From contig CAYFFS010000013.1 of the NCBI GenBank assembly GCA_964342765.1, forward strand, positions 4,125-24,124: 20,000 nt of DNA, given 5' to 3'. Origin of the DNA: an uncultured Nitrososphaerales archaeon (GTDB lineage Archaea > Thermoproteota > Nitrososphaeria > Conexivisphaerales > Conexivisphaeraceae). Numbering within the stretch: the stretch's first letter is position 1; each line of letters begins with the position of its first letter. Made by a program: the position numbers and the translations under genes. The notes beneath the pieces are model-generated. The model was not told where the DNA came from. It made no database searches and saw nothing but the letters and a program-made list of their open reading frames with translations. Of the stretch, positions 1 through 6,987 are shown piece by piece.

Positions 1-1257
1 GACATAGCCGGCAGGAAGTTCATCTACGGCATAGAGGCCATGATACTTTCGACTGGCGCCCTGCTGAGCGCCTTCTCCCCTAACATATACTGGCTTCTCG
101 CGTTCCGCTCAATACTTGGGGTGGGAATAGGCGGCGACTACCCCCTTTCCGCGACGATAGCCAGCGAGTACTCCGGCTACAGGAACAGGGGGAAGCTGGT
201 CTCCCTGGTGTTCGCCAACCAGGGCCTGGGAACCCTGGCGGCCGTGGCGGTGGCGCTCCTATCGGTCCTCCTGTTCCCGCCGGACCTCGCCTGGAGGGTC
301 ATGGCCGGCGTGGGCGCGATACCGGCGCTCTCGGTCATATACCTGAGGAGGAAGCTCCCCGAGACGCCGCGCTACGCTGCGCTCGTGAGGAGCGACTACG
401 AGACCGCCAGAAAGGCGGCCGGCGTGCTCGGGGCAAGCCTCGGCGGCGAGGGCGTAGTCGCTAGGCGCATAGGGATCGGGAAGTTCATCAGGAGGTATTG
501 GGTGACCCTGGTCGCCGCCGCAGTTCCCTGGTTCCTCATGGACGTGGCGTTCTACGGGACCGGGATATACTCGTCGAGCATAGTGAGCGGCATTGTGGGA
601 TCCTCCGGATCCATATTCACGACGATCCTCGAGGCCGGCATGCCCTTCATGGTGGGCGTCCCCGGCTACTTCACGGCGGTGGCGCTGATAGATAGGGTCG
701 GCAGGAAGCTGCTTCAGATCGGGGGGTTCCTAGGGATGGCGGCCATCTACTCGTACATGGGCTACCTGCTGGCCGTCACGGGCGGCGTCATCACGCGCGC
801 GATCCCCGCCTTCCTGGGGCTCGGCATATACTCGCTCTCCTTCTTCATGATAGACGCGGGCCCCAACACCACGACCTTCGTAATACCGTCAGAGGTCTTC
901 CCGGTCAGGTATAGGACGACCGGCCACGGAATATCGGCGGCGATGGGCAAGCTTGGCGCCGGGATAAGCACGCTGTTCCTGGTACCTTACCTCAGGTCCG
1001 CGTACGGGCTATCCACGACGCTGTACGTGCTAGCGGCCATAAGCATCGCGGGGGCCGCTATAACGCTGCTCCTCAGGGAGCCTGCAAGGATGACGCTTGA
1101 GGAGGCCTCCGGCGAGGAGCTCGTGCCCGCCATGATCCAGGTTGAGCGAGGCCTCGATGGCTCAGCAACGCTTATCAATGTCGGCCCCTTCCCTGATCCA
1201 GGATGTCCTACGAGGACAGGAGGAGGGATTGGTTCAGGAGGATGTTCGACGAGATAG
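1..1257 (+). CDS. MFS transporter, Pho84-like (PHS family) inorganic phosphate:H+ symporter; 5'-truncated by window edge
   Basis: Frame 1 is open from nt 1 with no stop before the first Met at 40, so the gene starts upstream of the window. The translation carries the Pho84-type signature GVGIGGDYPLSATIASEYSGYRNRGKLVSLVFANQGLG and many hydrophobic TM-like segments. The last ~18 codons overlap the next gene and look like low-information tail. Confidence 0.85.
   Translation, partial: DIAGRKFIYGIEAMILSTGALLSAFSPNIYWLLAFRSILGVGIGGDYPLSATIASEYSGYRNRGKLVSLVFANQGLGTLAAVAVALLSVLLFPPDLAWRVMAGVGAIPALSVIYLRRKLPETPRYAALVRSDYETARKAAGVLGASLGGEGVVARRIGIGKFIRRYWVTLVAAAVPWFLMDVAFYGTGIYSSSIVSGIVGSSGSIFTTILEAGMPFMVGVPGYFTAVALIDRVGRKLLQIGGFLGMAAIYSYMGYLLAVTGGVITRAIPAFLGLGIYSLSFFMIDAGPNTTTFVIPSEVFPVRYRTTGHGISAAMGKLGAGISTLFLVPYLRSAYGLSTTLYVLAAISIAGAAITLLLREPARMTLEEASGEELVPAMIQVERGLDGSATLINVGPFPDPGCPTRTGGGIGSGGCSTR
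1171..1178 (+). promoter_or_regulatory. TATA-like box (CTTATCAA) for the sHSP gene, embedded in the transporter coding sequence
   Basis: This AT-rich octamer is centred ~28 nt upstream of ATG 1203. The same spacing is seen at most other genes in this window. Confidence 0.35.
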
Positions 1258-1721
1258 AGAGGGAGTTCGAGATGTTCGACGAGATGTTCGACGAAATGTT
1301 CAGGGCGCTGGAGCGCGGGGGCACGAGGAGGCCCTTCTTCTACGGCTTCTCGGTCACCATAGGCCCCGACGGGAGGCCGGTGATCAGGGAGTTCGGCAAC
1401 GTCAAGGCGGGCAAGAAGGCGGCCTTCAGCGAGGTGCGCGAGCCGCTGGTCGACACGATATACGACGAGAAGGAGGGCGAGGTTAAGGTCATAGCGGAGA
1501 TGCCGGGCGTCGACAAGGACAAGATACACGTGGAGGCGTCGGAGGACTACGTGTACATAAAGGCCGAGGGATCCGACAGGAAGTACGAGACCACGGTGCC
1601 GCTGGACGTGCGCGTGGACCCCAACTCCGCGAAGGCCAACTACAAGAACGGCGTCCTAGAGATTAGGCTCAAGGCGAAGGAGCAGGCGAAGAAGGGCGGC
1701 ATCAAGATCAACGTGGAGTGA
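1203..1721 (+). CDS. Small heat-shock protein, Hsp20/alpha-crystallin family
   Basis: An alpha-crystallin domain is present: VKVIAEMPGVDKDKIHVEASEDYVYIKAEG...TTVPLDVRVDPNSAKANYKNGVLEIRLKAKE. The N-terminal arm has MFDE repeats. An alternative in-frame ATG lies at 1242. Confidence 0.9.
   Translation: MSYEDRRRDWFRRMFDEIEREFEMFDEMFDEMFRALERGGTRRPFFYGFSVTIGPDGRPVIREFGNVKAGKKAAFSEVREPLVDTIYDEKEGEVKVIAEMPGVDKDKIHVEASEDYVYIKAEGSDRKYETTVPLDVRVDPNSAKANYKNGVLEIRLKAKEQAKKGGIKINVE
1269..1301 (+). repeat. Tandem 12-nt coding repeat (GAGATGTTCGAC x2 plus a partial third copy), with a further copy at 1242-1253
   Basis: Read directly from the sequence: gagatgttcgac gagatgttcgac gaaatgttc. It encodes EMFD-EMFD-EMF in the sHSP N-terminal arm. 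Confidence 0.8.
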
Positions 1722-1741
1722 CGCGGGCGTTCCCTCGAAAG

Positions 1742-1749
1742 ATTTTTAT
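1742..1749 (+). promoter_or_regulatory. TATA box (ATTTTTAT) of the tRNA-Tyr gene
   Basis: The context is gaaagATTTTTATcc, centred ~27 nt upstream of tRNA nucleotide 1 (1773). Confidence 0.5.
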
Positions 1750-1772
1750 CCCGTTTCCGTCAAGTGCTCTCA

Positions 1773-1893
1773 CCCGCGGTAGCTCAGCCTGGTAGAGCGT
1801 CCGGCTGTAGTCCTCGGCCGGGGCCGAGGGCCCCAGCCTACCAGGCGGACAGAGACCGGAGGGGCGCAGGTTCAAATCCTGCCCGCGGGACCA
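1773..1893 (+). tRNA. tRNA-Tyr: tRNA-Tyr (anticodon GUA) with a 44-nt canonical (37/38) intron and encoded CCA
   Basis: Hand-folded.
- Acceptor: cccgcgg (1773-1779) pairs with ccgcggg (1883-1889), followed by discriminator A and CCA.
- D arm: gctc-agcctggta-gagc.
- Anticodon stem: tccgg (1800-1804) pairs with ccgga (1856-1860). The loop is c-t-GTA-g, then the intron, then a.
- Variable loop: 5 nt.
- T arm: gcagg-ttcaaat-cctgc.
The C1-G72 pair and short variable arm fit archaeal tRNA-Tyr. The mature length is 77 nt with CCA. Confidence 0.9.
1811..1854 (+). other. tRNA intron bounded by a bulge-helix-bulge motif
   Basis: - A 4-bp central helix forms between CUGU (1805-1808) and ACAG (1849-1852).
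- It is flanked by 3-nt bulges, A-G|U (1809-1811) and A-G|A (1853-1855), exactly as for canonical 37/38 splicing.
- The intron contains an internal hairpin, cctcggcc-gg-ggccgagg (1812-1829). Confidence 0.75.
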
Positions 1894-1908
1894 CGGGGCG
1901 CCTGGAAC

Positions 1909-1917
1909 CCTTAAATT
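1909..1917 (+). promoter_or_regulatory. TATA-like box (CCTTAAATT) for the EncFtn-like/XPD transcription unit
   Basis: It is centred ~27 nt upstream of ATG 1941 and lies immediately downstream of the tRNA 3' end. Confidence 0.45.
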
Positions 1918-1940
1918 CGGGGAACCCCCTTCTTCGCCGC

Positions 1941-2237
1941 ATGCCCGCCTCGACGCGCGACCTTAACAGGGCGAGGCAATCCCTCATAGAGGAGCTTCAG
2001 GCTATCATGTGGTACGACCAGCGCGTAGAGGAGACGGAGGACGAGGAGCTGAGGGAGGTTCTGAAGCACAACAGGGACGACGAGAAGGAGCACGCGTCGC
2101 TTATACTGGAGTGGATAAGGAGGCACGACCCCGCCATGGATAAGGAGCTGCGCGAGATCCTCTTCTCATCCAAGGGGCTCTCCGAGCTGGGCGATCGAGG
2201 GCCGCGGTCCTCAGGCGGCGCGGGAGGACCCGCGTGA
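1941..2237 (+). CDS. Encapsulated-ferritin-like (EncFtn family) ferritin-like protein, 98 aa
   Basis: Only the last 98 codons of the 157-aa track ORF are credible, because the upstream part reads through the tRNA gene. IEELQAIMWYDQRVEETEDEELREVLKHNRDDEKEHASLILEWIRRHDP matches, from memory, the EncFtn core (EELEAVDWYDQRV...AHNRDEEKEHAAM.LEWLRRND). This includes the Glu and ExxH ferroxidase ligands. Confidence 0.75.
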   Translation: MPASTRDLNRARQSLIEELQAIMWYDQRVEETEDEELREVLKHNRDDEKEHASLILEWIRRHDPAMDKELREILFSSKGLSELGDRGPRSSGGAGGPA

Positions 2238-4165
2238 CCTCCTTCCCCTACCCCTTCAGGAGGGGCCAGCGCGAGGCCTACGAGGCCCTGGTGAGGGCCA
2301 TAGGGCAGGGGAGGATGGTGTGCTTTCAGGCCCCTACGGGATTCGGCAAGACGCCATTGGTCCTGGCGGCGCTGCTGGACTCGGGATATCCCATAGTCTG
2401 GGCGGTGCGCACGGGGACCGAGACGGACAGGCCGATAGAGGAGCTGAAGAACTTCCGCGGCCCGAAGGGCCCCTACCTGGGCATATCCTTCAGGGGCAAG
2501 AGGGACATGTGCCTCCTCGCCAGGGATAAGCTCGGCGAGGACGTGGACTACGACGACGTGGCGTACTTCTGCTCCAAGAGCAGGAAGTCATGCCCTTACT
2601 ACGAGAACCTCCCGCGCGGCGAGCCCCCAAGGGGGCCGATGCTGTACTCGGAGATACTGAGGATGGGCATGAGCAAGGGGATCTGCCCCTACTACTATCA
2701 GAGGGAGGTGCTCCCCTTGATGGACGTAGTCTCGGTCAACTACAACTACATACTCAACGAGAAGTTCTCCTGGACGCTGAGGGACCTCGTCGACTTCAGG
2801 GAGGCCTACCTGGTGGTCGACGAGGCGCACAACCTGCAGTTCGCCGCCATGAACCTGAACAGCGACTCCATCACGAGCGGAACCGTGGAGAGGGCCAGGG
2901 CCGAGCTGAGGGAGCTCGGGGGGAGCGAGGAGCTGGATGGGGCGCTCGGGAGGCTCGACTCGACCCTGCGCTCCGCCCTCGGCCGCAGGAAGGAGGTGAG
3001 GGTTCGCCTGGGCGAGGTCGTGGAGGAATCCGGCATAGGGGGCGTCCTCGACGGCCTGGGGAGGGCAGGGGATTCGGTGAGGATGAGGAGGCTGAGGAAC
3101 GGGCAGAGGCCGCGCTCCAGCCTCTGGCACATTTACAGGTTCTTCTCGGAGTCCCTGAGGGTGGCTGATGAGGAGGGCGTCGCCTTCTTCCTGAGCAGGA
3201 CCGAGGGGGGCTACGAGCTCGAGAGGTGGGACATGAGGGCCTCCGAGATACTCTCAAAGGTGTGGGGGAACTTCAAGGGGGTCATATTCATGTCCGGCAC
3301 CCTGGAGCCCTTGGACGCGTTCGCGGACGTGGCGGGGGTCAAGGGATGCTCCGAGGTGAGGGCCGAGTTCAGCGTGGATCCGAGGAGGGTCGTCACCTAC
3401 CTCGTTAGGGGGGTATCCACGAGGGGCGAGAGGCTGGGCGAGGAGATGCTCAGGCGCTATCGCGACGTCCTCGTGAGGTTCCTGACCCAGCTGTCCGACA
3501 GGAACGTCGCGGTCTTCTCCTCGAGCTACAGGGTTCAGGACGAGATATTGAAGGTGTTGCCGCGCGAGCTCCTCGAGAGGGCCTACGTGGAGAGGGAGGG
3601 CATGAGGGGGGAGGAGGCCAGGAGGCTTCTAGAGGAGTTCAAGGCGGCCGCCAGCTCGGAGAGGAAGGGGATACTTTTCGCGAGCGCGTCCGGGAGGTTC
3701 GCGGAGGGGGCCGATTTCCCCGGGAAGGAGCTGGAGGCGGCCGCCGTCGTCGGCATACCGTTCGAGCGCCCCACCCTCAGGATGAGGACGTACGTCTCCT
3801 ACTACCAGAGGATGTACGGAAAGGAGAGGGGCAGGTACCTGGCATACGTGGTGCCAGCCCTGAGGAGGGCGGCCCAGGCCCTGGGGAGGGTCATAAGGTC
3901 GGAGGAGGACAGGGGGATATTCCTCCTGGCCGACGGGAGGTACTCGCGCAGGGAGTACCTTTCGCTCCTGCCCTCCTTCGTCAGGGCGAACCTGGTGGAG
4001 GTCAGCTACGAGGATTTCCTGAGGCTCGACCTGGCCTCCCAGCCCGCGGGAGGGCCGGAGGCGGTGGAGGAGCCCGCTAGGAGAGAAGGGCCCTCGCGAC
4101 GCGGAGCGCGAGCCTCGGGTGCGACAGCAGCTTCGTCGCCACCTGCCTCAAGTTCAGCCCGTTAG
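2234..4165 (+). CDS. xpd: XPD/Rad3-family 5'-3' DNA helicase with 4Fe-4S domain
   Basis: - N-terminal FPYPFRRGQ and Walker A FQAPTGFGKT.
- DEAH box VVDEAHNL.
- Four Cys between Walker A and B (DMC, YFC, KSCPYY, GICPYY).
- Motif VI QALGRVIRSEEDRG.
- The GTG start at 2234 overlaps the EncFtn stop (GTGA).
- The last ~30 codons are antisense to the next gene and look like a low-information tail. Confidence 0.9.
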   Translation: MTSFPYPFRRGQREAYEALVRAIGQGRMVCFQAPTGFGKTPLVLAALLDSGYPIVWAVRTGTETDRPIEELKNFRGPKGPYLGISFRGKRDMCLLARDKLGEDVDYDDVAYFCSKSRKSCPYYENLPRGEPPRGPMLYSEILRMGMSKGICPYYYQREVLPLMDVVSVNYNYILNEKFSWTLRDLVDFREAYLVVDEAHNLQFAAMNLNSDSITSGTVERARAELRELGGSEELDGALGRLDSTLRSALGRRKEVRVRLGEVVEESGIGGVLDGLGRAGDSVRMRRLRNGQRPRSSLWHIYRFFSESLRVADEEGVAFFLSRTEGGYELERWDMRASEILSKVWGNFKGVIFMSGTLEPLDAFADVAGVKGCSEVRAEFSVDPRRVVTYLVRGVSTRGERLGEEMLRRYRDVLVRFLTQLSDRNVAVFSSSYRVQDEILKVLPRELLERAYVEREGMRGEEARRLLEEFKAAASSERKGILFASASGRFAEGADFPGKELEAAAVVGIPFERPTLRMRTYVSYYQRMYGKERGRYLAYVVPALRRAAQALGRVIRSEEDRGIFLLADGRYSRREYLSLLPSFVRANLVEVSYEDFLRLDLASQPAGGPEAVEEPARREGPSRRGARASGATAASSPPASSSAR

Positions 4166-5228
4166 CCAGGTCCACCACGTCCTGCGGGCTCAGGATTTCC
4201 GCCAGCTCGTTCAGGTCCTGGTCGCTCAGGCGCTCGAAGACCCTCATGGCCCTCAGGCTGTCCCTTATGCGCCTCCCCCACGGCTCCTCGTAGAGCGAGT
4301 CGAACTCCCTAAGCCTGCGCTCGCTGTTGTCGCCCTCCCTGGCGGCGCGCGCCGCGACCCTTCCGGCGACGAGCCCGGCCGCTATTGACGAGTGAATGCC
4401 CGCGCCGGTGAACGGTATGACCGTCCCGGCCGCGTCCCCCACCAATATGGCCCCGTCTACGACGTTCCTGCGGATTATCCCGCCGATGGGGACCGGCGCA
4501 CCCCTGTAGTCTATTACCTGGGCCCCGCCCACCTCGTCGGAGTGCTCGGCCACGAACCTGTCCAGGTGCTCCTTCGCCGGCGCACCCCTGGTCCCTATGC
4601 CAACCTCAGCGATCCTGCCGGCCTTCGGGAATATCCACGCGTAGCCCTTCGGGGCCACGGAGTTGCCCAGGTAGAACCTAACTACGTCCCATTCGCGGAG
4701 CTTCGCGCCCGCGAGGACGTACTGGACCGTGGGTATGGGCTCGGAGCGCTCCCTTATGCCCAGGGACTTGGCCACCGTTGAGTTGTAGCCGTCTGCCCCT
4801 ATTACGACCGCCGCGCGGTAAACTCCTCCCCTTGCCTTGACCTCCATGGATCCATCTGGCCTCCTGGCCACGGCCTCCACGCCCTCGCGCACCTTTATCG
4901 TGGCCCCCGCCTCGGCGGCGCGCTCCGCCATCGCCTGAAGGAGCGCCGTCTTGTTTATGCTGTAGCCGAGCTCCCTTATCTCCACGTAGTCGCCGTTCGG
5001 CGCGTAGACCCTGGCGTACACCTCCTTAAGGACTATGTAGGGCCTCGGATCCACCCCCGCGGTCTCGAACGTTCCCTTGCTCGTGGCCTCGCCGCACGGC
5101 TTCCAGGCCATTATGGCGGGCTCCTTCTCAAGCAGCAGGACGTCGGCGCCCTCCTCGGCCGCGGACCTCGCGGCGGCCAGCCCCGCGGGCCCGCCGCCCA
5201 CCACTATTACGTCGTGCCGATCCCCCAT
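4077..5228 (-). CDS. Geranylgeranyl reductase family FAD-dependent oxidoreductase (digeranylgeranylglycerophospholipid reductase-like)
   Basis: MGDRHDVIVVGGGPAGLAAARSAAEEGADVLLLEKE is a dinucleotide-binding fold, and VIGADGYNS and LVGDAAG are also present. The length and order are typical of archaeal GGR. I prefer ATG 5228 because the TATA box lies 29 nt upstream of it. The track's TTG at 5243 is only ~14 nt from the TATA box. Confidence 0.85.
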   Translation of the reverse strand: MGDRHDVIVVGGGPAGLAAARSAAEEGADVLLLEKEPAIMAWKPCGEATSKGTFETAGVDPRPYIVLKEVYARVYAPNGDYVEIRELGYSINKTALLQAMAERAAEAGATIKVREGVEAVARRPDGSMEVKARGGVYRAAVVIGADGYNSTVAKSLGIRERSEPIPTVQYVLAGAKLREWDVVRFYLGNSVAPKGYAWIFPKAGRIAEVGIGTRGAPAKEHLDRFVAEHSDEVGGAQVIDYRGAPVPIGGIIRRNVVDGAILVGDAAGTVIPFTGAGIHSSIAAGLVAGRVAARAAREGDNSERRLREFDSLYEEPWGRRIRDSLRAMRVFERLSDQDLNELAEILSPQDVVDLANGLNLRQVATKLLSHPRLALRVARALLS

Positions 5229-5253
5229 TGCCTCCTCCCTCAAATTTGGATGC

Positions 5254-5260
5254 TTATAAA
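5254..5260 (-). promoter_or_regulatory. TATA box (gcTTATAAAgc) for the geranylgeranyl reductase gene
   Basis: It is centred 29 nt upstream of ATG 5228 on the minus strand. Confidence 0.45.
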
Positions 5261-5282
5261 GCGAGAGCCGGGCCGGCCATCC

Positions 5283-5290
5283 TTAAATAA
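5283..5290 (+). promoter_or_regulatory. TATA box (ccTTAAATAAcgg) for the ACT/UPF0210 operon
   Basis: It is centred 27 nt upstream of ATG 5314. Confidence 0.45.
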
Positions 5291-5313
5291 CGGCCTCCGG
5301 CCTCTCGTCGTCC

Positions 5314-5595
5314 ATGGGCGACGAGGACAGGGCGGTGATAATGGTCCTGGGGGCCGACCGCATAGGGATAGTCGCCGGGATAGCCCAGGCCCTGGCGGAG
5401 GCAAACGCGAACATAGTGGACCTGGCTTCCACGAAGATGGGCGACCTCTTCGTCATGGTGCTCCTGGCCGACCTCTCGAGCTCCAAGGAGGATCTCCCAT
5501 CCCTCAAGGCGAGGCTCGAGGCGAGGGGGAGGGAGCTGGGGGTCCAGGTGGCCGTTTACCATTATAATATATTCAAGGTAATGCACAGGGTGTGA
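5314..5595 (+). CDS. ACT-domain protein (UPF0237-like)
   Basis: This 93-aa protein begins AVIMVLGADRIGIVAGIAQALAEANANIVDLASTKMGDLFVMVLLADLS, a single ACT fold pattern. It lies 3 nt upstream of a UPF0210-type gene, which is the usual partner arrangement. Confidence 0.8.
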   Translation: MGDEDRAVIMVLGADRIGIVAGIAQALAEANANIVDLASTKMGDLFVMVLLADLSSSKEDLPSLKARLEARGRELGVQVAVYHYNIFKVMHRV

Positions 5596-5598
5596 GGG

Positions 5599-6987
5599 AT
5601 GTCCTCTAGGATAGATCTGGAGGAGATCCTGGAGACCGTCGACATGCTGGTGTACAGGCACCTGAACATAAGGGCGGTCACGCTCGGGCTCAACGTGATG
5701 CCCTTCGCCTCGGGCGATCCCGAGGAGCTCAGGAGGGGGATCTCGTCCGCCATCAGGTCCGTGGCCCCCCGCCTCGTGGACGCGGTCGAGGAGGTCGGCG
5801 CGCGCTACGGCGTCGAGATAGTCAACAGGAGGCTGGCGCTGACCCCCATAGCGCTGGTCGCCTCCCCCATGGTCCGCGCGGTGGGTAGCGCCGCCTCGAG
5901 GGAGCTCGTGGGCCTGGCGCGCGAGATCGACGGGGCGGCCGCGGACGCCGGGATAGACATGGTGGGCGGATACGGGGCGTTGGTCCAGAAGGGGGAGTCG
6001 CAGTCGGACCTGGCCCTGGAGGAGAGCATACCCGAGGCGCTGGCCGACACGTCGCGCCTGTGCTCCTTCGTCAACGTGGCCGACAGCCGCTCGGGGATAA
6101 ACCTGGATGCGGTCCTCAGGATGGGCCGCGTGATATCCCGCGCGGCGGAGCTGTCGCCTGGGGGAAAGGGGGAGTCGTGCGCCAGGCTCATGGTGCTGGC
6201 CAACGCGCCGGACGACAACCCGTTCATGGCAGGGGGGTTCCACGGGGTTGGCTCCAAGGACATGGTGATCAACGTGGGGATAAGCGGCCCGGCGGTGCTC
6301 CTGGCGGCCATCAAGGGCGCGGCGGGGGCAGGCGTCGCGGAGCTGGCCGAGGTCATAAAGCGCGTCGCCTTCAAGATAACCAGGGTGGGGGAGCTCGTGG
6401 GCAGGGAGGTCGCGTCCCGCGTGGGCGCCGAGTTCGGAGCGGTGGACATATCCCTGGCGCCGGCCCCGGCCGAGGGCGAAAGCGTCGCGGAGGTCCTGGA
6501 GGCCATAGGGCTTGAGGCCGTCGGGCTGCCGGGCACGGTCGGCGCGATGATGTTGCTCACCGACTCCCTCAGGAAGGGAGGGGCTATGGCGGCCTCGAGG
6601 ACCGGCGGCTTCAGCGGCGTGATGACCCCCATCTCGGAGGACCTGGGGATGGCCAGGAGGGCCGCCGAGGGCACCCTCGGCATCTGGGCGCTGCTGGCGA
6701 TGAGCGCCGTCTCCGCCGTGGGGACCGACATGGTGCCCGTGCCAGGGGACACCCCTCCGGAGGTCCTGTCCTCCATAATACTTGACCAGGTGGCCATAGG
6801 AGTAGCGCTGGGGAAGCCCGTGGGCGTCAGGCTCCTTCCGGTCCCCGGCGCCAGGCCGGGCGACAGGGTGGAGCTCGGAGGCCTCTTCGGCTCGGGGGTC
6901 GTCCTCGACGTGCCCCGCAGGGGGGCCTCCGGCCTGCTCTCGCGCGGCGGCAGGATGCCGCCTCCTCTGGCCAGCTTAAGGGGATAG
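5599..6987 (+). CDS. UPF0210/DUF711-family protein (function unknown)
   Basis: This is a 462-aa Ala/Gly-rich soluble protein. The N-terminus ILETVDMLVYRHLNIRAVTLGLNV, the length and the coupling to the ACT protein fit my recollection of the UPF0210 family. Its ATG lies 3 nt after the ACT stop codon. Confidence 0.7.
   Translation: MSSRIDLEEILETVDMLVYRHLNIRAVTLGLNVMPFASGDPEELRRGISSAIRSVAPRLVDAVEEVGARYGVEIVNRRLALTPIALVASPMVRAVGSAASRELVGLAREIDGAAADAGIDMVGGYGALVQKGESQSDLALEESIPEALADTSRLCSFVNVADSRSGINLDAVLRMGRVISRAAELSPGGKGESCARLMVLANAPDDNPFMAGGFHGVGSKDMVINVGISGPAVLLAAIKGAAGAGVAELAEVIKRVAFKITRVGELVGREVASRVGAEFGAVDISLAPAPAEGESVAEVLEAIGLEAVGLPGTVGAMMLLTDSLRKGGAMAASRTGGFSGVMTPISEDLGMARRAAEGTLGIWALLAMSAVSAVGTDMVPVPGDTPPEVLSSIILDQVAIGVALGKPVGVRLLPVPGARPGDRVELGGLFGSGVVLDVPRRGASGLLSRGGRMPPPLASLRG

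Noticed and set aside
1764-1940. N-terminal 59 codons of the 157-aa track ORF (MLSPAVAQPGRASGC...)
   Set aside because: This stretch is the tRNA-Tyr gene and its intron read as protein. The recognisable ferritin-like sequence begins only at Met 1941, which has its own TATA-like box.
2180-2237. C-terminal tail of the EncFtn-like protein as an encapsulin cargo-loading peptide
   Set aside because: KGLSELGDRG only loosely resembles the GSLGIGSL-type consensus. I cannot call it a targeting peptide by eye, so it is left as an open question in the finding.
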